Positions 36,580 through 48,312 of a DNA stretch of 64,000 nt are shown in pieces. The notes under the pieces are model-generated. The model did not search any database, had not been told where the DNA came from, and saw only the letters and a program-made list of their open reading frames with translations. The number at the start of each line of letters is the position of its first letter. The stretch's first letter is position 1. The stretch comes from Sphyrna mokarran (lineage: Eukaryota). The stretch covers positions 85,746,001 through 85,810,000 of the forward strand of contig JAGIQG010000009.1 in assembly GCA_024679065.1 (NCBI GenBank), written 5' to 3'. The position numbers and the translations under genes were made by a program.

Positions 36580-37650
36580 TTGGTCAAAAAAAGACACAGG
36601 CAGTGGAAAGGTGTTTCTGAATGGAGGGCTGTGACAAGAAACACTCCTCAGGGATCAGTGCTGGGACCTTTGCTGTTTGTACAAGTATACAACGATTTGG
36701 AGGAAAAAGTAACTGGATTGATCAGCAAGTTTGCTGACAACACAAAGGTTATTAATTTGCAGATAGCAATGAGGATCAGAGGATACAGCAGATATAGATT
36801 AGCTGGAGACTTGTACAGAAAGATGGCAGATGGAGTTTAATCCAGACAAATGTGAGGTAATGCATTTTGGACTGTCAAATACATGTAGGAAATATACAGT
36901 AAATGGCAGAGCCTTTAAGTGTCTTGACAGATAAAGGGATCTGGATGTACAGGTACACAGGTCACTGAAAGTGGCAATGTAGGTGGACAGGTAGTCACGA
37001 AGGTATACAGCGTATTTGCCTTCATCAGTCGGAGCATTAAGTTAAAAATTGTCAAGTCATGTTGCAGCTTTACAGAACCTTAGTTAGGCTGCACTTGCGA
37101 TATAGTGTTCAATTCTGGTCGCCACACAGGGTGTGGAGGCTTCAGAGAGGGTACAGAAAAGATTTACCAGGATGTTGACTGAATTGGAGATCATTAGCTA
37201 TGAGAAGAAGTTGGAGAAATTTGGTTTGTTCTTACTAAAATGACAGAAGTTGAGGGGTGACCTGATAGAAATCTACAAAATTGAGAGGAGCATGGACAGA
37301 GTGGATAATCAGAAGGTTTTCCCCCAGGGTTTCAGAATCAATTACTAGGGGGCACAGGTTTAAGGTGCGAGGGACAAGGTTTAAAAGGAAATGTATGAGG
37401 CAGGTTTTCTCCACCCCACGCCCCCCCTCAGGGTAGTGGGTGCCTGGAACTCATTGCTGCAGGAGGTAGTGCAAGCGAATACGGTGGTGACTTAAGGGGC
37501 ATCGTCTTGACAAATACATGACTAGATTGGAATAGAGGGATATGTCTTTAGAAGGGTAGGGGGTTTTAGTTAAGTTGTGCTGCATGGTCAGTGCAGGCTT
37601 GGAGGGCCAAAGGGCCTGGACCTGAGATGTAATTTTCTTTGTTCTTTGAG
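36580..37650 (+). mobile_element. Old CR1 3' fragment
   Basis: [11 protein letters not shown] and SKFAD remnants; CR1-type 3' end. Confidence 0.8.
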
Positions 37651-38828
37651 GTCCCCAAAAGAGTCAGGAGGAAAGAGATAGTAGATATAAAAGATAATTT
37701 ACTTTCTTACACACATCAGTGAACTATCCTGCAAAATTTCAACTTCCCCAAAATAAATTGGGATTGTCATTGTGTAAAGGGTTTAAGCTAGAGAGTTTCT
37801 TGCATCAGTAAGCAGAAGGCCCAAAGGATAGTTGTAGTGTAGGATCTGGTTCTGGGGAAATGAATACTTTCAGCTTCGACGTGGCAGCATCTCAGCAGTA
37901 GCGAGCACAACTTGTTACAGTTCAAGTTTGTTATGGAGAAGGAGAAAATTGGCTTGCAAAAGTCAACTTCGAATTGGGGAAAAAAGCAGATTTTACTAAA
38001 ATAAAGAAGGATTTGACCAAGGTTGACAATGAATTAAGTTTCCGGCAGAGCGGGGTGGGGGGCATGCGGAGCAGAGGGGGGGCGACGTTCAGTAAGGAGC
38101 TGGGGAGAGTACTAACATGTTTAGGGCTAAGTGCAAGAGCAATAGGTTCAGGAAATCTTGGATATCAGGAGATTCAAGGATGGGGGGGGGGGGGGGGGGG
38201 GGGGGTGGGGGGGATTTGAAAAAAGCTTTTTCACTCAGTTGTGGGAATCTGGAATGCACTGTCTGGGAAGATAAACAACCTTTAAAAAAATACAAAGAGC
38301 ACTTGAAATATAATATTGAAGGATTTGAAGTAAGTGCATGAAAATAGGATTGATGTGAATTTACCAATGGCTATTATTGGTGCAGATTCGATGGGCCAAA
38401 GGGCTTTTTCTGTAATGTGTGACTATGGAGGAGGGGCAAAACAAGTCCCCATGGAGCAGCTGACAGCAGACACATCCCGGGTCAGTGATGAGAGCAGTTC
38501 CCAACTCCTCCCTCACAACTACCCAAGATATCCATGCCTCAAGTCCGTTACTCCAGGAGGTCCATTCCTAAGCTGTGTCAAATTGTACAACCCATGACGA
38601 GATTCTCCAGAGGTAGCCAATGGTGCAGACACAGGGACTAGAAAATCCCAATTGGTGGCCAACCGTGAACTGCCTCCATTGCTGAAGAACATGCTCTGAA
38701 GGGCTGGAAAATCCTCCCCGTCCTTAATGCACATATGCAGAGCCAGTTCCCACGCTAAGTGTACAGGAAACAACAACTTCAAAGCCAGTGCACAATCTGC
38801 TCACAATTGATCAGGAATGTTCGTACCT

Positions 38829-38875
38829 TTAGGCAGTAGCAGAAGAATTTGATGAAGATTCTGCTTTGTCAGAAG
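38829..38875 (-). CDS. UAA: MHC class I exon 7 coding part (TSDKAESSSNSSATA-stop); exon ends at 38827
   Basis: tttttttgttaacag acceptor; Ser-rich tail resembling the class I SDSAQGSD tail; TAA at 38831-38829, then AG|GTAC donor. Confidence 0.88.
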
Positions 38876-39125
38876 CTGTTAACAAAAAAAAACAAGCATT
38901 ACAAAACTGTTCACCAACAGTGAGCCACAGACACAAAGAGGGTCACAATTACAGAGGGGGCCAGAGGTTGACACGTAGAAACACAAGAGAATGGACGTCT
39001 CACACACACACAAAAGGGAGACATCACATACCAATGAAGATAACAATAAACCAATGACTGTACACAGAGTGCAAGTAATGTTTCCTGCTCTTAGATAAAG
39101 ATGCAGTGATTTGAGGCACACTTAC

Positions 39126-39158
39126 TCTTTGCTGGATTGTAGCCAGTCTTCTGCCCTG
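39126..39158 (-). CDS. UAA: MHC class I exon 6 (cytoplasmic, AGQKTGYNPAK)
   Basis: 33 bp between ttgttttacag and A|GTAAGT. Keeps phase 1 and carries the conserved class I G-Y-x-x-A tyrosine motif. Confidence 0.88.
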
Positions 39159-40193
39159 CTGTAAAACAAGGAATTCTCAGTGAGCAGAGAACAACATTCA
39201 GAGAGGAGACACAATCATTTTCTCTCTCCCAGCCAGGATCACACACAAAGGAAGATAAATACATTATAATGGGAGGAGACTATTCAGGGTCATAGAAGTG
39301 GTTTTGACATTCAATGAGATCATAGCTAATCTACAATCTGACTCCCAGCCAGTGAAAGCAGTGTCTTCCCATATATTCTCATTACCTTAAATTTCATTAG
39401 ATCATTTCTCAGCTTCCAAGATTGAAGAGAATACATTCCTAACTTTTTAAAAAATCTCTCACCTTTTCAGCCAAGCTACACTCCTCTGAAGGCAAATATC
39501 TTCTTCCTATAGTGTTAAGCCCAAAGCTGCTCCCAGTATTTCAGGTGTGGTCAAACCAGAACTTCTCGAAGAAGTGTCTTCCCCACTACCAAAATTACCT
39601 CTTCTCCCCCACCCTGATTCTTCCCTCCAAATAGAAAAGCAGTAATATTTTTGACTAATAATTTTTTTCTGAACCTGTAACCAGCGAGATGAATAACAGG
39701 AATCTAGTAGGTTTTGTAGATCTGGACTTCCAGGAGGCATTTGATAAGATACCACACGAAAGGTTAATACACAAGGTTTGGTCACATGGGATTAGGAGTA
39801 ATTTGTCATCTTGGATAGAAGATTGGCTAACAAAAGGAAAGCAGAGAGGGTAAATTAGTCATGTGGTTGGCATGATGTTTATACTGGGGTGCATAGGGTT
39901 CGGTGCTCAGGGGTCAACTACTTACAATCTACATTAATAATGACTTGAATACAGGGATAGAAGGTACCATAGCCAAATTGGTAGATGATAGATACCAAAA
40001 TAGGTGGGATGGTAAGTTGCGATAACAAAATAAGAAATTTACAAATGATCACCCAAGGCTAGAATTGAACACAGCTCCCTGGCACTATGAAGCAGCAGTG
40101 CTTGCCACAGTGCTGCCCACAGGAATCTGGGTCTCAACTGTTCACAGTAACCTTGATAATTGTCGCTGCAACAAAGATGAGTGTCATTGGAGA

Positions 40194-41950
40194 CAAAGAA
40201 CAAAACAGCTTGGGAAACAGGCCCTTCGGCCCAACGAGACCACGCCGCCACCCCGATGTTCCCACCTCTATCCGTGATCCCTGTCTGTTTATAGATCTAT
40301 GGATTAAAAACCAAATTTGAGACAATTTAGGGAGAATTTGTTTTGCCAATTAGCCTAAGAGCACATCTTTGGGATGTGGGAGGAAACCGGAGAAAACCCA
40401 CGCAAGCACAGGGAGAATACGCAAACTCCCACAGACACAGGCCCAAATCCATGTATCTGCACAGTACAGCAATAGTCACTGAGCTGTCATGTTGCCCATC
40501 AAATGGTCCAGGTCAAATATACACCAACTACGTAAATCACTAGGAGACTCAAAAAAAAAACTCCAAGAGCAGCCCCCTCACGACCCATCGCTTGTACGCC
40601 CCTTGTTAGACAACAAGGTGGACCAAAGCACCTGTAGGATAAAAACAAGCACATCAATATCATTGTCTATTTACACACTTCCCAGGAACTCCCAAGGCTC
40701 ATGATCCCTATTTTAAATCAGTTTTCTATACTCCTCCGTTCCCATTCTGTTCATGTGCCCATCTGGGTATTTCTTAAATAACTCCAGAGTGCCTACCTCC
40801 ACCACTTTACTTGGCAGCACATTCCCCACCCTCTGAAAAAACTCCCTCTAGCATCCAAATTATACCTTACCCCCCTCACCCTAAGCCCGTGACCCCTCGT
40901 GCTGAGACCATCCTAGGAAAAAGCTTAGCCCTGTTTACTCTGTCTATATCCCTCAATCTTGTATACCTCTATAGATCTCCAAGTCTATGTCTTTCTAAGG
41001 AAAACAGTCCCAATTTGCCTAACCTCTCCTCGTAACTCAGACCTTCCATACCAGGCAGCATCCTGGTAAACCTCCTCTGCACTCTCTCCAGAATCTCCAC
41101 GTCCTTCCGGTAGTAAGGCGACCAGAACTGGACGCAGTATTCCAAATGAAGTCTAACCAACGTTTTGTACAACTGCAACATTAAAGGCCAGCTCTTGTAC
41201 TCTATACCCCTTCCTATAAAGGCTAGCATACTATATGCTTTCTTCAACCTTCTCCACCTGCTCTGCCACCTTCAGAGACTTGTTCACCTACACCACCAGG
41301 TCCCTCTGCGTTTCTATACTCTTAATAGGTCTACCCTTTATCATATTTCTCCCAAAATGCATCACCTCACATTTATCAGGATTGAATTCCATCTGCCATC
41401 TGTCTGCCCAAGCTACTCACCCATGTCCTGCTGCATTGCCTGACAATGCTCCTCACTATCTGCAAGTCCAGCCATCTTTGTACCATCTGCAAACTTACTG
41501 ATCACTCCACTTACTCCCTCTTCCAAGTCATTTATGTATATTACAAAGAGGTCCTAATACCAAGCCCTGCGGCACACCACTGGTGACCGACCTCCAGTTA
41601 AAAAAACCCTTCCACTATTACTGTCTCCTATTACCAAGCCAGTTACTTATCCATCTAGCTACCTGTCCTTGTATCCCATGAGCCTTGACCTTCTCAACTA
41701 ACCTCCCACGAGGGACTTTATCAAACGCCTTACTGAAATCCATATAGACGAAGGGCGAGCCGTTGATGTCAACCATTTGTCACCTCCTCAAAAAATGCTA
41801 CCAAATTTGCAACGCACGACCTCCCCTTAACAAATCCATGCTGTGTATCCCTAATCAGATTGCAACGCTCTAAGTGCCTATACATCCTAAGAATTCCCTC
41901 CAACAGCTTCCCTACCACTGATGTCAAACTCACCAGCCTATAATTTCCAT
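40194..41950 (-). mobile_element. CR1 family B with V-SINE-containing 3' UTR, in class I intron 5
   Basis: RT remnants in ORF 40969-41247; 3' UTR homologous to 13740-14262. Confidence 0.88.
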
Positions 41951-44721
41951 AACGGAGACATTTCCTCTACAATTTAAACAGACATTAAAAAAAACATTGG
42001 AGCTATTATTTATCTATATTGGGTTAATTGAGCTTTTAAAAGAAAGTTAGCAAGTGTATGCTAATAGGGGACAAAATTTGAGCTGTGACTATTGAAGATT
42101 TACATTTATGATAACTATAACACCAGCTAAACGTGTTAAAACTAGGATCATATTCTGAAAGAAAATAAATAGTGCTGCAATAGTATTTGGATTAAGGTCT
42201 GGAAACATGTGAGGCAAAAGACCAGATAAGAATAGGAAGCCCTATTCAAATGTCCATCCTCTGCTTAAAATCCCAAATCTCAATAGAATAGACAAGATTG
42301 AGCTGGTAGAAACCTCTCTTAGCATTACCAAAAAAAAAACCCAAATAAATCCAAGAGAAATCTTCTTAAAATACAGAATCAGTATTAGATTTCTCCTACA
42401 AAGGGGAATAAAAAAAGCTAGCTAAAACTCAAATATATATTAATATTATGCAACAGGCAAGGACAATCAGAAGGAAATTGAAGCCATGAAAAAAAATAGC
42501 TGGTGAAGCACAAACATGTTCAGATACACACTTGGATAAAATCTCCCTCTCAAAACTGAGTTGTATCTCTCAAGTCCAAGCTATGGGTTTGAATTTTGTG
42601 AAGTTTTGATAACTTTTGAATACTTGTAATGAAGAAGGACAGAGTTTAGTTATTTTGTGTGTAATGAAGTTTAATGCCACGTGTAATTTTGTGGTAAATT
42701 GGGTCAGCACAGTAAAGGAAACATTTTGTGCAATAAATTTAAGAGTTCGAGTGTCTTTTACAGGTTCTAAGATAACAAGGTCAGTAATTGACCTCAAATT
42801 TCATGAGTTTAAGCTTTATTTAATATCCTCTCAAGAGATTTGATCAAATGTTTTTTCGTACGGATAAAATTCACGTGTTCACTTACATTAATCACCTCTT
42901 CAAACACTTCATTCGGTCATTTGACGCAAGTTCTCTTTGCAAATCCATGCTGTCTCTGAGCAGCCGAAAAGACTAGTGTTCAATCACCCCATCTTTAATG
43001 CTAGATTCTCATCATTTCCTGATACTCACAATAGGATAATGGATCTATAATTCCCTGCTCTCCCCCTTTCACTTTTCTCAATAGTGAAGGGAGAGGAGTA
43101 TAAATTTTCCAATCTAAAAGGAATGGTTATACAATTGAAAAAGCTTTGGAGATTGCTATTCAAACATTACTCTTATCTGGCCTTGGGGTTTAGTCGCCAT
43201 CCAATGTCATTTAATATTAATGAGAATTGTGTTGAGTCCCTGGCACACAGAGAACATTAAATTTACTGACACACTGCTTTCTTCCTCTACAGAAGATACT
43301 GACGTGTTCCCCATTTTGTATTCCCACTGACAATATACATCAGTTTTCAAAGGGCCCAATGTTTCAAACTTTTCACCTCATCTACTTCATGCGTTAATTT
43401 TGCTACCCCACACAAATTTCTTTTCATATCTATTTTTGTAACTTTCTGGGAAGGCCAGCACAGTGCTAACACCACTGAAGTAATAATCCAGAGTCCAGGT
43501 GAATGCTGTGGAGACAATGGTTCAAATACCACTGTCAGTTATTGTAAAAATCCATCTGGTTCATAATGTCCTTTAAGGAAGGAAATCTGTCATCCTTACC
43601 TGGTTGAGCCTAGGTGACTTTTAGCAACTGCCCTTGAAATGGCCTGGTAAGTAATTAGGGATGGGCAATAAATGCTGGCCTTACCACATTCCATAAAGGA
43701 ACAAAATTTGCTTTTTTTGGTCTGTTTCCCATTTACCGGGGTCTGTGCAATTTTTTTGTATCTTTTTCTTTTATGTTGTCTGTTGAATTGTTCACGACTA
43801 CCATTTGTGGCAAGTGGAGCTTTTGGATTTTAGGAGTCTAAATTGGGTATTCACTTTGGAAACAAAATCAAGGCAGATTACCACCTGAATGGTTGTAAAT
43901 TGGGAGAGGGGAGTGTGCAGTGGGACCTGGGTGTCCTTCTGCACCAATCATTGAAGATAAGCATGCAGGTACAGCAGGTGGTAAAGACAGCAAATGGCAT
44001 GTTAGCTTTAAAAGGTTGAGTACAGGAGCAGGGATGTGTTGTTGCAATTATACAGGGCATTGATGAGGCCACACCTAGAATACCGTGTGCAGTTTTGGTC
44101 TTTTTTTCTAAGGAAGGATGGTCTTGTTCTTGACAGTGCAGTGAAATTTACCAGGCTAATTCTGGGATTCTAGAATTTGTATTAGAAAACTATGCCACAA
44201 ACATTTGGAAATTTCACAGTCTGTCTGATAGTTGCATCTCTGTTTTTCCTAATTTCTATGAAAGAATAAACCTCACACCCAGTCTTTGCTACCTATTACA
44301 ACAGCTGTACTAGTGTCAATGCACAACTCCTAGTCCAGCCTTCAATCCTTTTCCTCTTTTCATTCTATTCAGAATGACTCCACTTCATACCTCTCATTAT
44401 ATGAGTTCTGAATTTATCCATAATCATTAAGGTTACACCATCCTATCATTTTCCTGATCTTATTTCTGAGTATCTTTAATTCCTGATTATTGAGTTGCAA
44501 TGCCCACCAGGTCATACCCTCCAAGATGAACTTAAACTTCCAATTCATACAACAGATGCTTTGTAGAAAGATGCTCATCTGGGCAAATCCATTCCAATGA
44601 TTCAATTTCACCATCTCTCTCCAAATGCAACTGTTTAACTTTGTGAAGTTTTGCCATTCCATGGAGTTCAAAAGTTATAATCTCACGTACCTCCCCCACC
44701 CACTAGGTGCCCATTTCCTAC

Positions 44722-44826
44722 CTTTCTTCTTGTACAGGATGACACCCACAACAGTGAGAGCAACAAGCACCAGGACAGCAATAATAATGACAATAATAAC
44801 TGGGAACCTGGAGTCAGCTTTTGGCT
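44722..44826 (-). CDS. UAA: MHC class I exon 5 (connecting peptide and transmembrane)
   Basis: 105 bp with polypyrimidine+cag acceptor and G|GTAGG donor. Translates EPKADSRFPVIIVIIIAVLVLVALTVVGVILYKKK (hydrophobic span followed by a basic stop-transfer). Confidence 0.92.
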
Positions 44827-45052
44827 CTGAGGAGAAAAAAAAACAGATAAAAAGAGTTACATAACAGGCATCAGGAACATCATACAGCACAAAGACCAAT
44901 TAAATTATAATATCTGAAAATACTGGGAAGTCTATGGTGTTGGATATGAGTCCCACTGGGATACAATGAACTCCTTCACACAGCTCAGCACTGACCCTCT
45001 CCCATAGCGAGGGAGACAGACTGGATCCTCACACATGGGGAGATGGTCTTAC

Positions 45053-45316
45053 CATAAAACACCACCAATTTCTGGTTCAGCCCGGCATGATCCACCACAC
45101 AGGAGAACTTGGCCGAGTCGCCCGGTTCAAAGTCGGTCTGTTTCTCCATCTGGTAAGTGCCATCGTGGTTGGGGCGGATCCCACTGGAATAAGGCTCATC
45201 GGCAGCCGCCTGATCTCGGTGCAGTTTCATCTCGATAGACTGAGGGTAGAAGCCAGTGGCCACACAGGAGAGTTTCTTACTGTCACCCCGCCGGGTAAAG
45301 GAGACGGTGGGAGCAA
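45053..45316 (-). CDS. UAA: MHC class I exon 4 (alpha-3, Ig C1 domain)
   Basis: 264 bp. Translates VAPTVSF...LSCVATGFYPQSI...RPNHDGTYQ...FSCVVDHAGL, with C1-set motifs CxATGFYP, DGTYQ and FxCxVxH; AG/GT boundaries. Confidence 0.97.
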
Positions 45317-45435
45317 CTGAGAGACAGAGAGAGAGAGAGAGATTAACACAGGAGCAGAGAAACTCCACACAGACTGAATTAAACCGACCCCATTCCCGGG
45401 GGACCGACCCCCAGATCTCCCCCTCACTCACTCAC

Positions 45436-45708
45436 CGGCTCTCAGCTCTCTCTCTCCATACCGCAGGTATTTATTCAGCCACTCGATGCAGATTCCCTCC
45501 AGGTAACCCTTCTGCTGCTGATTCCCTGCTTGGTTCTTATCCCACTTGGCCTTGGTGATCTCCCCCCATTGTACCGGGGTCACCCACACGCTCCGCTCCT
45601 TATCGAAGCTCACGAAGTCTTTCCCGTCCCAGCCGAACTGGAAAAATCCCGCGGTGCTGCCGTCCTTCCGCAGCTCACAGCCATACATCACCTGATAGGT
45701 GTGGATCC
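45436..45708 (-). CDS. UAA: MHC class I exon 3 (alpha-2 domain)
   Basis: 273 bp, cag acceptor and G|GTGAG donor. Translates GIHTYQVMYGCEL...WDGKDF...ITKAKWD...GYLEGICIEWLNKYL, with the C101-C164 pair, T143, K146, W147, Y159, W167 and Y171 of classical class I. Confidence 0.97.
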
Positions 45709-45909
45709 CTGTCAATCACACAGAAACAGCCAATCACAGAGAGGAACAGGAGACCCCCACCCGCCCAGCGGGCTCGGGCAGCCAATAGGAAACAGCGGGA
45801 TGAAGCGCGCACGCGCGCCCCCACTCCCGCCAGCCAATCAGGTTTAACAGGAACCCGGATGCCCCGCCCCCCGGCTCAGTGCGGGGGGGGGGGGGAGATG
45901 GTCACTTAC

Positions 45910-46170
45910 CGCCGCTCTGATTGGTCCGCTCCGAGAGGATCTGAATATTGACTTTTCCCATCTGCTCCCAGCCCTGCCGCTTCTGTGTCTCCTCATCCCA
46001 GTAATCGGGTCCCTCACTGTCCGCCATCCAGTGCTGCCGGGGAACCATCTTCTTCAGAACACTGCCATAATGAACAAACTCCAGCTCATCCACATAACCG
46101 ACTACCACAAACTCCGGCAGACTGGGAACCGGGGTCATTGATGTGTGGAAATACCGGAGAAAGTGAGAGT
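45910..46170 (-). CDS. UAA: MHC class I exon 2 (alpha-1 domain)
   Basis: 261 bp between tttttcag acceptor and G|GTAAGT donor. Translates DSHFLRYFHTSMTPVPSLPEFVVVGYVD...DYWDEETQ...SERTNQSG, with H3, Y7, D29, Y59, R84 and the N86 glycosylation sequon NQS. Confidence 0.97.
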
Positions 46171-46446
46171 CTGAAAAACACAGATCAGGACATTAACCTC
46201 AAACACACACAATAATCCCCCCCCCCCAACACAGAGAGAGAGAGATCAGGACATGAACCCCAAACCCATCCCCACTCCCAAACACACAGAAAGGGGCAGA
46301 GACACAGCCAGATCTCCCGGTCTCTGCTCACTCCGCTTCATCACCACCAGCGCCGGGGCAGGATCAGTCTGTCTCTCCCAGTGAGCGGCTCCCTCAACCC
46401 AACACAACCCGGAGAACAGCTTCGCAACATCACTGTCCACACACTG

Positions 46447-48312
46447 AACCCCACCGACACAACACACAGGGCCCCCTACAAATAAACCCCACCGACACAA
46501 CACACAGGGCCCCCTGCAAATAAACCCCACCGACACAACACACAGGGCCCCCTGCAAATAAACCCCACCGACACAACACACAGGGCCCCCTGCAATAAAC
46601 CCCACCGACACAACACACAGGGCCCCCTACAAATAACCCCACCGACACAACACACAGGGCCCCCTGCAAATAAACCCCACCGACACAACACACAGGGCCC
46701 CCTGCAAATAAACCCCACCGACACAACACACAGGGCCCCCTGCAAATAAACCCCACCGACACAACACACAGGGCCCCCTGCAAATAAACCCCACCGACAC
46801 AACACACAGGGCCCCTGACAAATAAACCCCACCGACACAACACACAGGGCCCCCTACAAATAAACCCCACCGACACAACACACAGGGCCCCCTGCAAATA
46901 AACCCCACCGACACAACACACAGGGCCCCCTGCAAATAAACCCCACCGACACAACACACAGGGCCCCCTACAAATAAACCCCACCGACACAACACACAGG
47001 GCCCCCTACAAATAAACCCCACCGACACAACACACAGGGCCCCCTACAAATAAACCCCACCGACACAACACACAGGGCCCCCTACAAATAAACCCCACCG
47101 ACACAACACACAGGGCCCCCTGCAAATAAACCCCACCGACACAACACACAGGGCCCCCTGCAAATAAACCCCACCGACACAACACACAGGGCCCCCTGCA
47201 AATAAACCCCACCGACACAACACACAGGGCCCCCTGCAAATAAACCCCACCGACACAACACACAGGGCCCCCTGCAAATAAACCCCACCGACACAACACA
47301 CAGGGCCCCCTACAAATAAACCCCACCGACACAACACACAGGGCCCCCTACAAATAAACCCCACCGACACAACACACAGGGCCCCCTACAAATAAACCCC
47401 ACCGACACAACACACAGGGCCCCCTACAAATAAACCCCACCGACACAACACACAGGGCCCCCTACAAATAAACCCCACCGACACAACACACAGGGCCCCC
47501 TGCAAATAAACCCCACCGACACAACACACAGGGCCCCCTACAAATAAACCCCACCGACACAACACACAGGGCCCCCTACAAATAAACCCCACCGACACAA
47601 CACACAGGGCCCCCTGCAAATAAACCCCACCGACACAACACACAGGGCCCCCTGCAAATAAACCCCACCGACACAACACACAGGGCCCCCTTACAATAAA
47701 CCCACCGACACAACACACAGGGCCCCCTGCAAATAACCCCACCGACACAACACACAAGAAATAAACACACACAACAGGGCCCCCTACAAATAAACCCCAC
47801 CGACACAACACACAGGGCCCCTGCAAATAAACCCCACCGACACAACACACAGGGCCCCCTAGCAAATAAACCCCACCGACACAACACACAGCCCCCTACA
47901 AATAAACCCCACCGACACAACACACAGGGCCCCCTGCAAATAAACCCCACCGACACAACACACAGGGCCCCCTACAAATAAACCCCACCGACACAACACA
48001 CAGGGCCCCCTACAAATAAACCCCACCGACACAACACACAGGGCCCCCTACAAATAAACCCCACCGACACAACACACAGGGCCCCCTACAAATAAACCCC
48101 ACCGACACAACACACAGGGCCCCCTGCAAATAAACCCCACCGACACAACACACAGGGCCCCCTGCAAATAAACCCCACCGACACAACACACAGGGCCCCC
48201 TACAAATAAACCCCACCGACACAACACACAGGGCCCCCTGCAAATAAACCCCACCGACACAACACACAGGGCCCCCTGCAAATAAACCCCACCGACACAA
48301 CACACAGGGCCC
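46447..48312. repeat. 38-bp minisatellite, about 49 copies, in class I intron 1
   Basis: Unit AAATAAACCCCACCGACACAACACACAGGGCCCCCT(G/A)C. Confidence 0.97.

Noticed and set aside
44675-44721. Read-through of the TM exon to a stop (GRKWAPSGWGRYVRL*) or a second donor near 44690
   Set aside because: The donor at 44721 joins in phase to well-formed exons 6 and 7; an alternative isoform cannot be supported without transcripts.
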